DNA of 64,000 bases from Balanoglossus misakiensis. Lineage: Eukaryota; Animalia; Hemichordata. Below the pieces are notes generated by a model. The model searched no databases. It saw only the letters and a list, made by a program, of their open reading frames with translations, and had not been told where the DNA came from. The number at the start of each line of letters is the position of its first letter. The first letter of the stretch is position 1. The stretch covers positions 2,786,075 through 2,850,074 of the forward strand of contig CM082589.2 of assembly GCA_040954595.2 (NCBI GenBank), in the 5' to 3' direction. Position numbers and translations under genes: made by a program. This document shows positions 10,926 through 23,700 of the stretch, piece by piece.

Positions 10926-13900
10926 GGCAAAGAAACTTTTCAACTCTTTCCATAATTCAGCCTTTTGGGCATCAATGAAGGGGGAGATCACTTGTGGGGG
11001 TGAAACACGACATTCTGAAAAGAGGGAATCGTAGGGTGAAATGTTTATACGTTTCGGCGGGTTTTACAGAGCGGTGAACTAAATGAGATTACACACAAAT
11101 TATATCATGGACACTAGAAGGCGATTATACATATGCATTGTTCTCAGTCCAATACGAAGATGGAGAGCATTGGTAAAACTTATTCTCCCACACTTTTCCC
11201 TTTATTTTTTCGAGTAATGGACACAGATTGCCAAAAAAAACATGTCTTCACGTTTTGCAAAGTACAGAATCGAAGACATCATAAATATGAGAATTTTAAT
11301 TTTTATTCGTGCTGAAGTTTGTGCAGGCAGACTTTAAAATTTTGACAGGTGTCGCCCACTTACTGTAATGAAAAAAAATCTCAATTTGTGACGCTTTGGA
11401 GCAGAGAATGCCGAAATAAAACACAAGGCGGTGCCTACACCAGGGATAGGATTGGCGGCAAACTCAAAGGCTGTGATTTCCTGCAAGGCCAATACTCGCC
11501 ACACCTAAATGACACCAAGCAAGGGCCACCGACAAATCCGCAGATCAAGGATGTCAACATCGCTCACAGATCCGCGCACCCCTGCGAGCGACTGCTCAGT
11601 GTAGCAAGCGGCTTCACAGAAGGCATTTCTTTCTTAAAAGAAGATAGCCATAGGGAAAGCCCTCTTTCTGCACGAAAATCCTGCTTCCCTGTTTAGTAGC
11701 TCCAACTTGGCCCACCTCGGCGGAAGGGGAAAAATTGCCTGCTATGTAGTCCGTCAGAGGTTCATCTTTTTTCTTTGTAAGCGGCACTATACATTTACCA
11801 GAACGAGAACAAGTCTACTTAATATCGGGCCCCAGGGTGGCTAGGCTGTTCTCCAGTAGCTACGTTAGTTTCCATGCCATGAAAAAAACCCTCACTATCT
11901 TAGCATAAATCGCTCGAAATTTGAGACCGGCTTGGATTAAAATAGATTTTTTGTATGCGTGGTACAAGCATGTATCACATTTTACATAGGTAAATTCTTG
12001 ATTAAACGGTCCACAAAACAACTGTAGAAAGAAAAGCCCCTGTCTGTCTTGAGTTTCACTATAATCATGAAGAAACCGTTATTTTTGTTCTTCTTTTCAG
12101 ATAATTCATGCCAAACTCAGCGAAGTGAGTATCGTGACCTACATTTGGAGCCCAAAAAAACAATTGCAAGGTAACTCGAGATATCAAATTAATGTTGCAT
12201 TCACTTCACCGTACATGTAGATCGCTGTCAGTCTACATTACCCGGCCTCGTATGTGTGTTGTGTGCATTATTATTTTGCGTGTTTCAACTTGAAGCACCT
12301 GGGAAATTTTTGTGTTTGTTTTCCTAAGAAAGGTCTGCTTGATTTTGATCTTATTGGATTCGAAACCTGTTTGAATCAGTCCATTTTAATGAAGGCGACC
12401 ATCTGATGATAGTACATGTACCCTGCTTGTCGCGAATGATGCTGTCTGTTGTCAATATGGCGGTCGAGGAGAACGACGATTGAAGTAAGAATTCTCGGCA
12501 AAACAAACAAACAAAACAAAATACAAACATGAGACGTGTGTAGTTGTCACAACTACTTGTCACTTGATATGAATCGGTGTTCATGATGTTTTAGGTGCGA
12601 GAGAATTAACGTTTGGAGCAAAATAAAACTAAAACTTTCACTGTCGACTGACTGACTGACTCACAGAGTTACAAGCGATTCTGAGATCGTATTTATCACT
12701 GAATAAAGACAAGATGTACCGAAACTGTGCGCACCTTGAATTTAAGGCGAATCATGCGGATGTGACGAGAATCTGAACCAAATTTTGTGCGATTTTTAAG
12801 GACAAATTCGTGAAAAATAACAACCTTTCGAGTCGAAATGTTGATTTGGTATTTCTCGATGGCATACCTTGGGATTTGCCTATTATGACCCTTTTTTTAT
12901 TTTCACTTTACAGCACTTCAACAGTAAAGAAAACAATTGGTATCTGTCAGTTGCACGCAATCTCTTTCACTTATACCCCGGAATATTATGTCCATTCGTC
13001 AAAGATGCGCGGTCAGGACAGCCTTTCCCTTTCGGCATCGGAGTACGTAATACAAGAAAGGGCTTCTAGCGGTGAGTTTATCAAAGCGTCTGTAATGACT
13101 ACTAACAATGTCCGTTGCAAGGACTGGAATCTTTCTGACTGACGAAAACTTTGAAACATCAAAAGTGGGCCTAGAGAGTTTTTATCCTTTCCGACTGTTG
13201 TATGAGACATGAACGAGCGGGCGTTTGTATTCGCTGTTTTTTTCTCTCTCCCCCTGCTATCTGGCGCTACAGCGCTTTCTCTTGCCAGCACACGCGGGGT
13301 TGGACCGCGTTCTTTGTCGGCAAGAAAGCGCTACGCGCAAAGCACAAGTTCGGCTAATTGAAAGATCGTGTTCAACCAAAGACTCGAAGTAAGCGGTGGC
13401 AATCCCAGCATTAAAGCAATATACTGCCTTGAGCCAATGCTTCGAATAGAAAGCGTGCAGTAGCAGTATTTGGTGCATTAGGTCACGACAATGCGCTGAA
13501 GTCTAGGACCGCACTTTTTTTTTGAAGTTGGATAATAAACACAAAGGGAGAATACAGCAGAGGAAATCTGGTATGAACATTTCCAGTCTTTGCGGCACAC
13601 TTGTCCGAAATCGGTGGCGTTGATTTCAAAGTATCTTTGTTTTTGAAACCCCCAGACAGTTGCTGTCCACTGTGTTTCTGATCGTCGCATCAAGCGTCGC
13701 CGAGACCGGCGTATTTATCCCAACGTTCATCGTCCACCGCCATATGTGGGGAAGATACACTCCAAAGGTAAGGGATTTGTTTACCTATAAATGTAGCTAG
13801 AGAATAGAAATGAAGGACTGGTCACTTTTCAATCCTTAACTATTTTATCATAAGTAGCCTAATATCCATATGTAAGTTATTATTCGGGTCTTCGAGTCTA

Positions 13901-14730
13901 TGTACTCTTATAGAAATTATTTTCTGTATAATTGCGCTGTGTAAGAAAGTGGGTTTTTAGGTATGGAATGAATTCATACACATATTAGTTTTTTACACTG
14001 GTTACTAAGGTATTATTTCTCTTCATCCATTGAGGGGCGTTGGCCTTGTATTGTCGCGTAGATTCACCGGGGTTTCTATCACTTCTTCAATTTTCTGAAA
14101 GGGCAGTCGTTTCGGAAATTAAAATCCCTTTCGATGGGGGGAAACAAGCGAGTCACGTAATACTTATTGAAATGTATTGCCGGCTGCACTCAGCAGATGT
14201 TCCCGGTGGATAGTGAGAGAGAGAGCCTGAAACGCACATAGATGCGATGTGCAAAAATGTTAATTTCCCATCCAGAGCTTTTTTGTATGTAATTCGACAC
14301 CACTGCTTTTTTTCAAGAAAGATCACTCTCCAGCTGTGAGCAGGCATTTGCCTTCCGTAGGCTGGGTAGCAAATTTCCTCTCGCAACGACCCGGTGCAGG
14401 GAAATCTCCCCCATTCCCCCGCTAGCACTTATCAAGAACAACCTTGTAAGTTTTTTTTGGGTAAACCTTGCCTCACCGACGGGAAACACGGAGACGAACA
14501 CGGCGGTCAAGCCCCACCCGGCAGTCGCGCGCGCACAACAGGTGCGTCGTATCAGTCGCCTTTCTCTACTTCCCATTTATGAAACTTAAACGGAGCAAAC
14601 CGCTATTTATTCCCGTTTCTTAAAATGCGCTACCTGTTATTGTGAAATGTTTAAAAAGCTGCAGAATTTAAGCTTTAAGTTTGGTGGGTGTTACTATTAA
14701 TTAAATGGTTTACCCTCAGCTGTCTTCTAA

Positions 14731-14797
14731 TCTGACTGACCGACCGACTATGCCTGTCTGTCCGTCCGTCCGCCTGTCTGCCTTCCCGTCTGCCTGT
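14731..14797. repeat. Degenerate tetranucleotide repeat (CTGA/CCGA/CCGT/CTGT/CTGC)n
   Basis: ctgactgaccgaccgac...ctgtctgtccgtccgtccgcctgtctgcc. Related tracts lie at about 15571-15620, 16438-16512 and 28524-28570. Confidence 0.7.
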
Positions 14798-17700
14798 CAC
14801 ATCTGTCAAAAACTGAATACATGTAATCAGATATTCAAAAAATTGAAGTCACATTTGTGATTACTGAGAAGTAGTAAGACGTACTGTCAACGGTTTGATT
14901 ATTAATATAAAGAAAAACGCGTTTGAGATCCGAAACAAGATGAACACGGCGATATTTTCTGCTTGGATCCGCGCTTGTACGGGAGTACAATAAACCACGT
15001 ATAACAATTCCCAGATCGAATGGGCGCGTTCAAGTTAATATATTTCCACGATTTGATACAACTGCAATTTAACATTAAAACCGAGGTTTGAATTTCCCCC
15101 TTGGAACAAAGATTTCGAATGTTTGAATACAGCACGGCTAAAACGTTTCCGTTTGGTATTGTGAGCAGCTCGGAGTTAATGTCGCTGGCTTTCAACTGAA
15201 ACTTGATCCCTCTGCGAATATAAGGATGGGAGAGAAAAAAGATAATAAAAAACCACAAGCTTTTATCAGAATTTATAATATAGCCACAGTCAATTACCCA
15301 GGTTGCGTATAGCGTAAGACACTAACATGCGTCGTACATGTAAAGGTAATAGCACGGTTCATGTAAGCTACTGATGCGAGAGATTTTAAAAGGACCGATA
15401 TCGTCAATATCGCGAAGTAAAATAATAGGTTATCGTTCGACCCATAGCGTGTTCATTTCAAGGTGATTTACCTGATGAAATGAATAACCATTTCTTTCTC
15501 CTAGGAATTTTGCCATGAAAATTTAGTTTACACCATATTATGTCCGTTTCAACCTCTGTCACACATTCGTTGTCTGTCTGTCTGTCTCTCCCTCTGTCTC
15601 TGTCTCTCTCTCTCTCTCCCCTCACAACAGGGCGAAAATTAATGAAATAGCAGTATATATTGACAGGCCTACAATTAACAAGAGATAGAGTGACATCTTT
15701 ATGAACAGGGCACAAGAACAGAGACAAATTTTGTCAGATAATGGTCTTCGCTCTTCATATTAATGGTTTCGCATTGCATTAATTGTCAGGGTTGACAGGT
15801 AGAGAAACGATTTAAAAACATCGCTTTGATAGGCACATAAAACCATCCACGTCCGCTCGCTCGCTTGCTTCTCTTTGGCAGCGATCGTTTCGTCCTCGCC
15901 AACAATCAAACGACGGTGAAATATCCTCTTAATTGCCGACCTTTCTTTGTTTCTCCAAGAAACGCCACTTGGATGAGTTCATAATTAATGTGATAACCTG
16001 CAGCGGTGTCCTGACACGGGACGACCCCCGCCGAGCTCGGCATTGTTCGCGCCATTTGTCGTTATGGCACCTTTACTTGAACCCTTTCCAGATAAAGAAG
16101 CGAATATCACGATGGATGTCTGTTGTTCCAGGTTGGAGATTTTTTTCCCTTCTTCTCTCCGGTGATAATGCTCCCTAAGAGCTTTGACGACGACAACAGC
16201 GAGCGTCATACGGAGAGCCGAAAGAAAACAGGACACGAAATTAAAAGAACACTAAACTAGACTGACGTTTAACATCGCAGTAAAGAAGCGATTTATAGAA
16301 TTATTACACTTTGCGCAAGAAAAATAACCAGTAAAACGAATGTAATGAATAGCAAACATTCCAGCGAAAAAGCAAGAGAAGTTTGAAAAGTAGCAAAATA
16401 AAATATATTTGTATAAGGTGAGGTTTATTTTGACAAATGGACATACAGACGGGTAGACAAGGAGAGAGGCAGGCAAGCAGACAGGCAGACGGATAGGGAG
16501 ACGGAGAGAGAGATTGGCGAAAAGCCTTAATTGCTGAAAAACATACGATGACAACCACACCGTTAATGAAAGCATTTAGTGAGCGCTGCACGGCCAACCG
16601 TTTCCATTGCGGCGTATGGTGACACGCGCAAAGATGTAACCAGATCCCGCATCATTTGCCCAAACCCAGCGTGAAAAGAGGGGAAAAAAATGATCGCTAC
16701 AAAAATTAAAAGTGCATCCAAACTGAAGAATGCATTAGGGATGATAAATCAATGAAGGAAAATCAGCATGGTTGCCGAAATTTGATACAAAATTGATATC
16801 CTCAACATAAGAGGACCCATTTTTCAGTCCGTTCAGGGGGAATCACTCGCTCTATTTTTTTATAACTCAAAAAGCAAACGCTATATAGACACAAATAGGC
16901 AATTGACTTCAGGGGAAATATATGACTGTTTGAGTTTGTCAGACATTCAAATTAGAACACCGGGCCGATCCGGTATAAACAACTCTTTAATATATATTGT
17001 GCGTTACAGGCATTTGAGGTCACTGGGATAATTTCCTGTAATGTGTAGGACTTGAAAAAGATAATTATTTTTTTGCGCAAAAATTGTTCATCAGTAATTA
17101 TTAGCGGTAATTTGAATGGACGTCAACGCCGTCGATTTGTCAGCAATGTGAATATGACCAGTGAGTGGTGGTCGGATCTCTTCAAACCAGTGTCGTGAGA
17201 GCCGTTAGCTGTTAAAAGGGCCGTGAGCTGGAAACTTTTAGTGGAATTTTCTTGATTTTACTTTCAAATTAACATGATTTCGTACTGTACTTGCTTAGGA
17301 TGTGTGTATACAAGCGTTATTTGCCACATAGGTTAAAAATAATAGTAATAAACGGCTGCCCGTTCAAATATGGCCACCGCCATGCACAAAAATATACATA
17401 GCGTATACATGTACATGTATAAGACTGCTTTGGACGTAGACAACAAGATACTTCTGTCAGCTATAATATGCTGTAGTCATTTCTGTCGTTCAATTGCCAA
17501 CAACCTCGTTCGCAGGCTGTTTTATATTTTCAATTCTGACATCGATGTCATGGAAAATACTAGTGAAGTACGCGGCAAGGTTTGGTGTTTTATCGCGGTA
17601 AAGTCACACAGACGCTGCGGTCGTTTTATCTGTGCGCTTCACCACATCCCGGGCTGAGCAACAACGAATAAAATACGACGGGCTCAAAGAGATCAAAATT

Positions 17701-20700
17701 GAAACATCGACAATAGGCAGCGAAGATCGTAACTACATTGAAAGCCAATAATTCATCCGTATGATTGTTACGTCACACGCCAGACAATAAAATTCGCTTA
17801 GCGCTCTGCGCGTGGTAATAAGAAAGGTGCAATTCGAAGGTCTCGCTTTCGAACGCCGTGTCAGCATCACTGCGTACAAACTGATCATCTTGTAACTGCT
17901 AGTCATTGAATATCGCCAAGCTACGCATGTCGATTCCAATTACATTATTGACTTTTTAGATAAACTTGGCTAAAACAAAAAACAACCCAAACGGGTTAAT
18001 TGGAAAGCAATAATTTCCGAGTGCACGTAGCAAGTGATGACCCTTTTAGTTCATCACTTCACGCTGCCATAAAATCTCACCCCAAGAACCCCTTTCCAAA
18101 ATCAACTTGAAAGTGAATGTCAGGTTTTTGACTTGAAATAGTCAGAGGTTTGTTTCCAAAGAATATTTCTGGTAAAATTCAGTTCTGTTATACAATGAAA
18201 TTTGAAGACGATCTATATTCATTTGCACCAAAGAGGACAGCATAAATTTCCTTTAGTGCAGTACACACTATACCTTAATACGAATAGTCAGATTGTATTG
18301 GGTTTGAAATTTGTTTGAGAGATTATACATGTTCATTTTAGGGTGCCGCTTTGAAAGGCGAAAATCGGCTTTAGCCAAGCACCGGGTCTCCGATTGGGTG
18401 TAGAATCTGCCAACGCGCAGCGATCTCTTGCGGACGCTCGCATTTTCTTGAAACATATCGGCATCATTCGATACAGATCTGAGAGAGGGGTAGATATATT
18501 TTACTCAGAGGTCAAGCTTTCCTTTGTGTCGGAGGGGCTCAGAGCGTGTGAAAACGGGCAGGTAATCACAGTCTTGCCAAATCGTGGCTTCTAGCGTGTT
18601 TCGTTAGAACACTGCGGAGTGCATTACATCCGTGAGGTCTGGGACGTTGTGCTCTATTTAAAGCAAGCGCCCCTGGAAAACCATGGCTTTTGTGTCTGTC
18701 TGGCAGCACAATGCGTTCCATGGTTTTCAGGGATCGATCCCACGACAGCCATACAACGTGTTATGAGCTGTGTGCATGTTTTACTGTACGGTTAAGAAGT
18801 ATAGTTAATTGTCGCTGGAAACCTTTTGACTCGATCCTTTCGCTCGTCTGGATGCTATACAATCTGGCCAGCGACGACGATGATTATTTATGATTTATAT
18901 TCCCCACTTCAACAGAAAAAAAAATACTTTCATATATAACACGGGCATTAAATATGTCAGATTTTACTCTTCCTGTCTGGTGTGCTTATAAGTACATCTT
19001 TAATGATCATGGGATAACTCTGTTTTGTAAAATTAGTAGTTTTAACCTACCCACATTTCGTTCCATGCTTTGTTCGTCGCTATCTACTTTCGACAGAAAA
19101 AAAAACATTACGCGGCAGTTTTCGGTGAATTTGAACATTTTCTTTCTTCTGTCTGTATGTTATATGTTAAAGCTTCCAGTCAATGCAGGTCAGAAATTGT
19201 TCACATCAATTGTAAAGCGAGTTTCATTTGTCTTTATATGTCTTCTTACGGTTGTGTTTTGTAAGCGACAAAGCCATCATTGTGCGCAGTGAAAGTCGAG
19301 TCAATCACATTACAATGCAACCTGTCAGGTTGTCAGTGCGTGTTTTTGTTTCCTGTCGCAACCATATAAGATATAAAATATAGTCTCGATTTCAAAAATA
19401 GCAATGATTATCTGCTAAACCATTATCATCTTGGCCTAATTTCATCTTGCTTTGTTCGTTGCAAATATTGAGTTGTAAAGCCTTTCTCTTCCTTCGCCTA
19501 TTCATCGTTGCCATGTTTTGACAGGGAAGGAAATTTTCCCGCCCTTATTTTACCACCACAAATTCCCGTTCTTCATATTTTCAGGTCTAAATAATATATC
19601 TCAACTTCGCGATCATGTAGTGAACGTATTGTGACGAGTTTTTTTAATTTAAAAATACCGGTTTAGGCGCAAAGATGCCTCGACTATTTCCTGGAGATTT
19701 GTTCGCAAATTGTTCGCGAACGATGTCGCCATAAAATCGTTACGTATGTCATATGTTTTTGTTTGGAATAGTTTATGTCTGAAACTAATATTTCAAATTT
19801 CACCGTGGATCTAAGCAAATATGGCCGAACGATGACATGGGCAATATCTTACCATTTTATGAGAAAAAGCTTAGAATTAACGCTTACCGGCCAGCTGTGT
19901 TCAACTACACGGGGGTTGGGAAACATTTTTCGCGAAAACCACGAATAGTTTACCTTAAATATTTGGCTTGAAAAGATGGATTGATTAATGGTCCAAAGTC
20001 TGTGTATAAAGAGGTAGCGGTCAAAACCTTGCCAAGAGAAATTACCGTCAAAATTAATTGGTTTCAAGGAGGTGGTTAAAAACGACTTATAGAATTACAC
20101 TGTAAATTTATATTCATTATCTGGCAGTTTTTGATAAATGTTAACGGACAATCTGCACTTTTTGTCCTTTGATAAATGACATTTAAGATAAAATAGGTTC
20201 CGCGTTTGCTCATTATTACCTCGCAACACAAGTCGTCATATCAGTTGACATTCTCACATTGGAAATATGATTTCAAGTGTGCGAACGAGCCTCACCCTGC
20301 ATTATTGATGGAGCCAGGCAAAAAAGTGATACGGCCGTTTAATTATACTAAAACTAACTCAATTATCGAAACCAAAAAGTGGGCTAAAATATTAAAAGAC
20401 CTATTTAATAAAGCATGCTCTCTGAAACGAGATTTGAATAATACATTTCCTCTTTGCAAAGACACCTTTTTAAGTGTTTTAAGATTTCCTCCGTCTCTGT
20501 AATGAAGCGCATTGCCGAAAATAATTGTGCCTTCGCTCCTGCATTCGCTGTTTTTTATCTAGTCTATCCAGAGCAGGGTCGTGCAACGAAAACATATCCG
20601 TTGAACTGAACAGTTTGACAGTGAAGCCAATGGCGTATATCGTTCGGTCACCGAATTCTGAAATGCTGGGGGGAAAACTTCTCTCCTTATTATATGAAAA

Positions 20701-23700
20701 TTTTTATTATATTTAATGTCTTTCATTAATGTATTTTGAGTAAAATAATATTCTTTTCTAAAAATCAAATTGATATTTTGCAGGTACGTCTGAATAGCAG
20801 ACATTACCAAGGTATATTCGGTAGGGACAATGATTTTGTTTCGGGGCCTGTAGTGAGTTCGCGCCGTTTCGATTCAATGCACAGCACCAAAATGAGTTTC
20901 TAATTTGAATGAGAGTTCTGCCAAGTTTTTGGACATCTCCTCGCGGCGTCGCATTAACTCTTTCAGAGACGGATTTTTCACGACTCAAATGAAATGAGAG
21001 CTGACATTTATGGGGGGTACCGTCTAAACCTCGGTGAAACGTTGGCCATCTGAAATAAGGGCGCCATCTTGAGTTTTGTTGGTCCCCCTTACCCCACCCA
21101 TATGAAGAACAAGTCATAGGCAGTAGACGCCACTAACCATGATATATGTGTTAATCCAGGCGGGAAGGGGGGATGGTCAGTATTGGGGAAATCTATACCG
21201 TTTGTTGTTCGCATGAATTGCTGTCCCCGTGCGTATCAATCATATTAGTATAACAAACTGTTTTATTTGATTAGGTTTAAATCTACGAGCTAGTCTTTTT
21301 GAAGGACGCGATGCTATATATCTGGATTTCCTTTGAAGGGCGTCCGTGGGGGGAAGGTGTCTTCCGATTCGCCTTTTATCGATAGGTGCATTGATCAAAG
21401 GTAGCATTAATTGCTAGAGAATCGACAAGCTACCATTAGGAGCACGACGAAATCTCTTGGGGCAGATGCATGAATACACGGCCAACCGAACTGTTTGACA
21501 GCGCGGCGCGATCAAATTAACTCCTGGAAAACTTATCATTATTAATTAAAATAATTCTATTCTAGAGTCGGGATGATTACTCGTGCTTATATACGAACTA
21601 AGCCATGTTTCCGACGCCTTGAATAGGTATCAAACAACGACATCCGGCTTTTGTGGCGTAAAATATTAACCCGCTGCGAATAAAAAATAAAATTGTTTTT
21701 CTCGGGTCAATAGATCCTTCTTGCGAAGAAAGCATTAATGTTTGATTTTGCGCATAAAATCGATGATTGTGTTTATATTGTACACAAGAGCCGATATGTC
21801 TCTTCTTGCCGTCTTCAATTTTGTGCACTTTCTGAGGAAGAGTATGAAATATAAATGTGGGCTTAATGAAGATTTCTCGCGATGTTACATTATGGATGGG
21901 CCGGTCGCACGTTAGCCGTGTTAGCAGCCCCGTGAGTGTTGACAGGGCGTGAAAATACCTCGTTAGCGGACTTAGAAGTTGCCGAGAAATGCGGCAAGCG
22001 TGTCGCGCCTTGGTTAAGTGAAGGAGGGGAAGGCGATACGGCCTAACGGTAGCGTGGAACTTTTGTGACCGGCGTAACGAGTCAGTTCGTCGGGAGAATG
22101 TTATTTTGTCGTTTCGAGGCCCCCAAGAACACCGCAATAATGAGGCCGAACGCATTTACCCATGGCGTAATAGCGGGGCCGGTGTATTAGACAGCCGACA
22201 ACCTGTCTCTAAGCGTTAATTAGGCTAAGCTGGGAAATTAATTATGCATAAAAAGTTTAGATCGTGATTTTCGTCTGGGGTGCCCTGGTCGAAATACTGA
22301 TGGCGATGTGTGAAATTCATTCGAACATATACAACTGCACGCGTTTGTAAGTTTAATCATGGGAGCCTTGATCAGTGACTGAAAAGAACGACAGGAAGGC
22401 GAGTATCACTGGAAATACTAGTAAAATTGGCTAGTGTTTGCATATGCAGTGGTTTATATCACGTGTTCTGTAGAGAAAGGTGTGAAATTTGTGCGGTAGG
22501 AATTTGTATTGTAAACGGGAGCAGCCAATGAGTCTGGGTTAAATTAGGTACATGGGTTCAAACAGGGGGTGCTGTGTTGGCCAATCGAGGAACCCGTCTT
22601 CCATGGGAATTCTGTTAACAAGTTTACATGTACTTGGTCGGAGCATGCGTTGATGCCCATAGTTTATGTTTCAATGGAATAGAGGAAGAGAGCTGGCAAG
22701 ATTCCGTGATATGGTAGCCACCTTAGCGCCGCGTACCGAAAGCGCTAAATTTTAAACAGAATCTTCTATAAATTTGATCCTTTGAAGGTGCCCTTTATCC
22801 CCTGCATAATCTAGAAGTAATGAAAAGCTGCAACTCAAATAAGATCGGGGTATAGAGTCCGCGCAAAACCAGGGCATTGTACTGAGGGCGAAGTATTAGG
22901 AATAAAAGCTCGTCTATGAAACATTCATTGGCTTTCTTATCCGTCTTTCGGCCCAAACACCTGTAAAATGTGATCTGAACTTTTAATAATGCATCGCGCC
23001 TTGACATGAATTTGTATTGATTCCTACTAGCTAACTGACAACAGGGCATGTGATCGGGCCACTGATGAGGGCCTAACATTAAAGGTATACGGTCACCTCT
23101 AATTTACATATACCTATATAAGGTCAAAAGGGCGTGTCTAAGTCTTAGCAAATCACGAATAATTAGGTATAGGTGTATATCTCCAAGAATAAACTGATAT
23201 CACCAAACGACAAGATATTGAATCAGACACAATGTTTATCGTTGACCACGAAACACGACGGTGTCTTTGTGATGTGTTCCGCCTCATGTTTATGAATATC
23301 ATTTGCGGCTTGCCAAAGTCGTTACCGAGTGTGCAATTTCACAGATTTGTTTGGGTAACCCTGCGAATAAAACTAATACCTGAACAGATTGCCAATATCC
23401 CTCGTCAGTAGAAATAAAGGCACTTTGCTCCCGGCACCAGTGGTATACATGATCCATACACATATTCCTGACAGCAGAAAAAAACATTAAGTTAGTTTAA
23501 GCCCAGTAACCATCACCATTCTGTTAAAGGCAACGGAGTTTTTTTCAAAAGTAATAATAATAATGACATTTGGAAGGGGTAAATTGTTTATTAATTTCAA
23601 AATTTCCGATAAAACTTTAAACAGTTGGCAACTTGCCTAAGAGATTAACGTATACATATGTATTAAATGCTTGAAACTCTGATATTTAAGTAACTTCGCT

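Noticed and set aside
10884-10991. N-terminal extension of MRPL15 suggested by ORF 10740..10991
   Set aside because: It starts at a non-ATG codon and runs through promoter motifs. Homology begins at the ATG at 10883.
12720-12735. 16-nt match CGAAACTGTGCGCACC with the reverse strand near 61121-61136
   Set aside because: About one 16-mer match is expected by chance in 64 kb over both strands, and it does not extend.
21598-22155. Longest desert ORFs (185 aa here; also 28222..28716 and 33176..33682)
   Set aside because: No recognisable domain, composition typical of random frames, and no supporting splice structure.
23079-23180. TTAA-AGG / CCT-TAA ends resembling Kolobok- or piggyBac-like MITE termini (also near 18270, 29875, 35285, 39160, 51390, 61735)
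   Set aside because: I could not find a matching partner inverted repeat for any of them in the window. Repeat remnants are plausible but need a genome-wide search.
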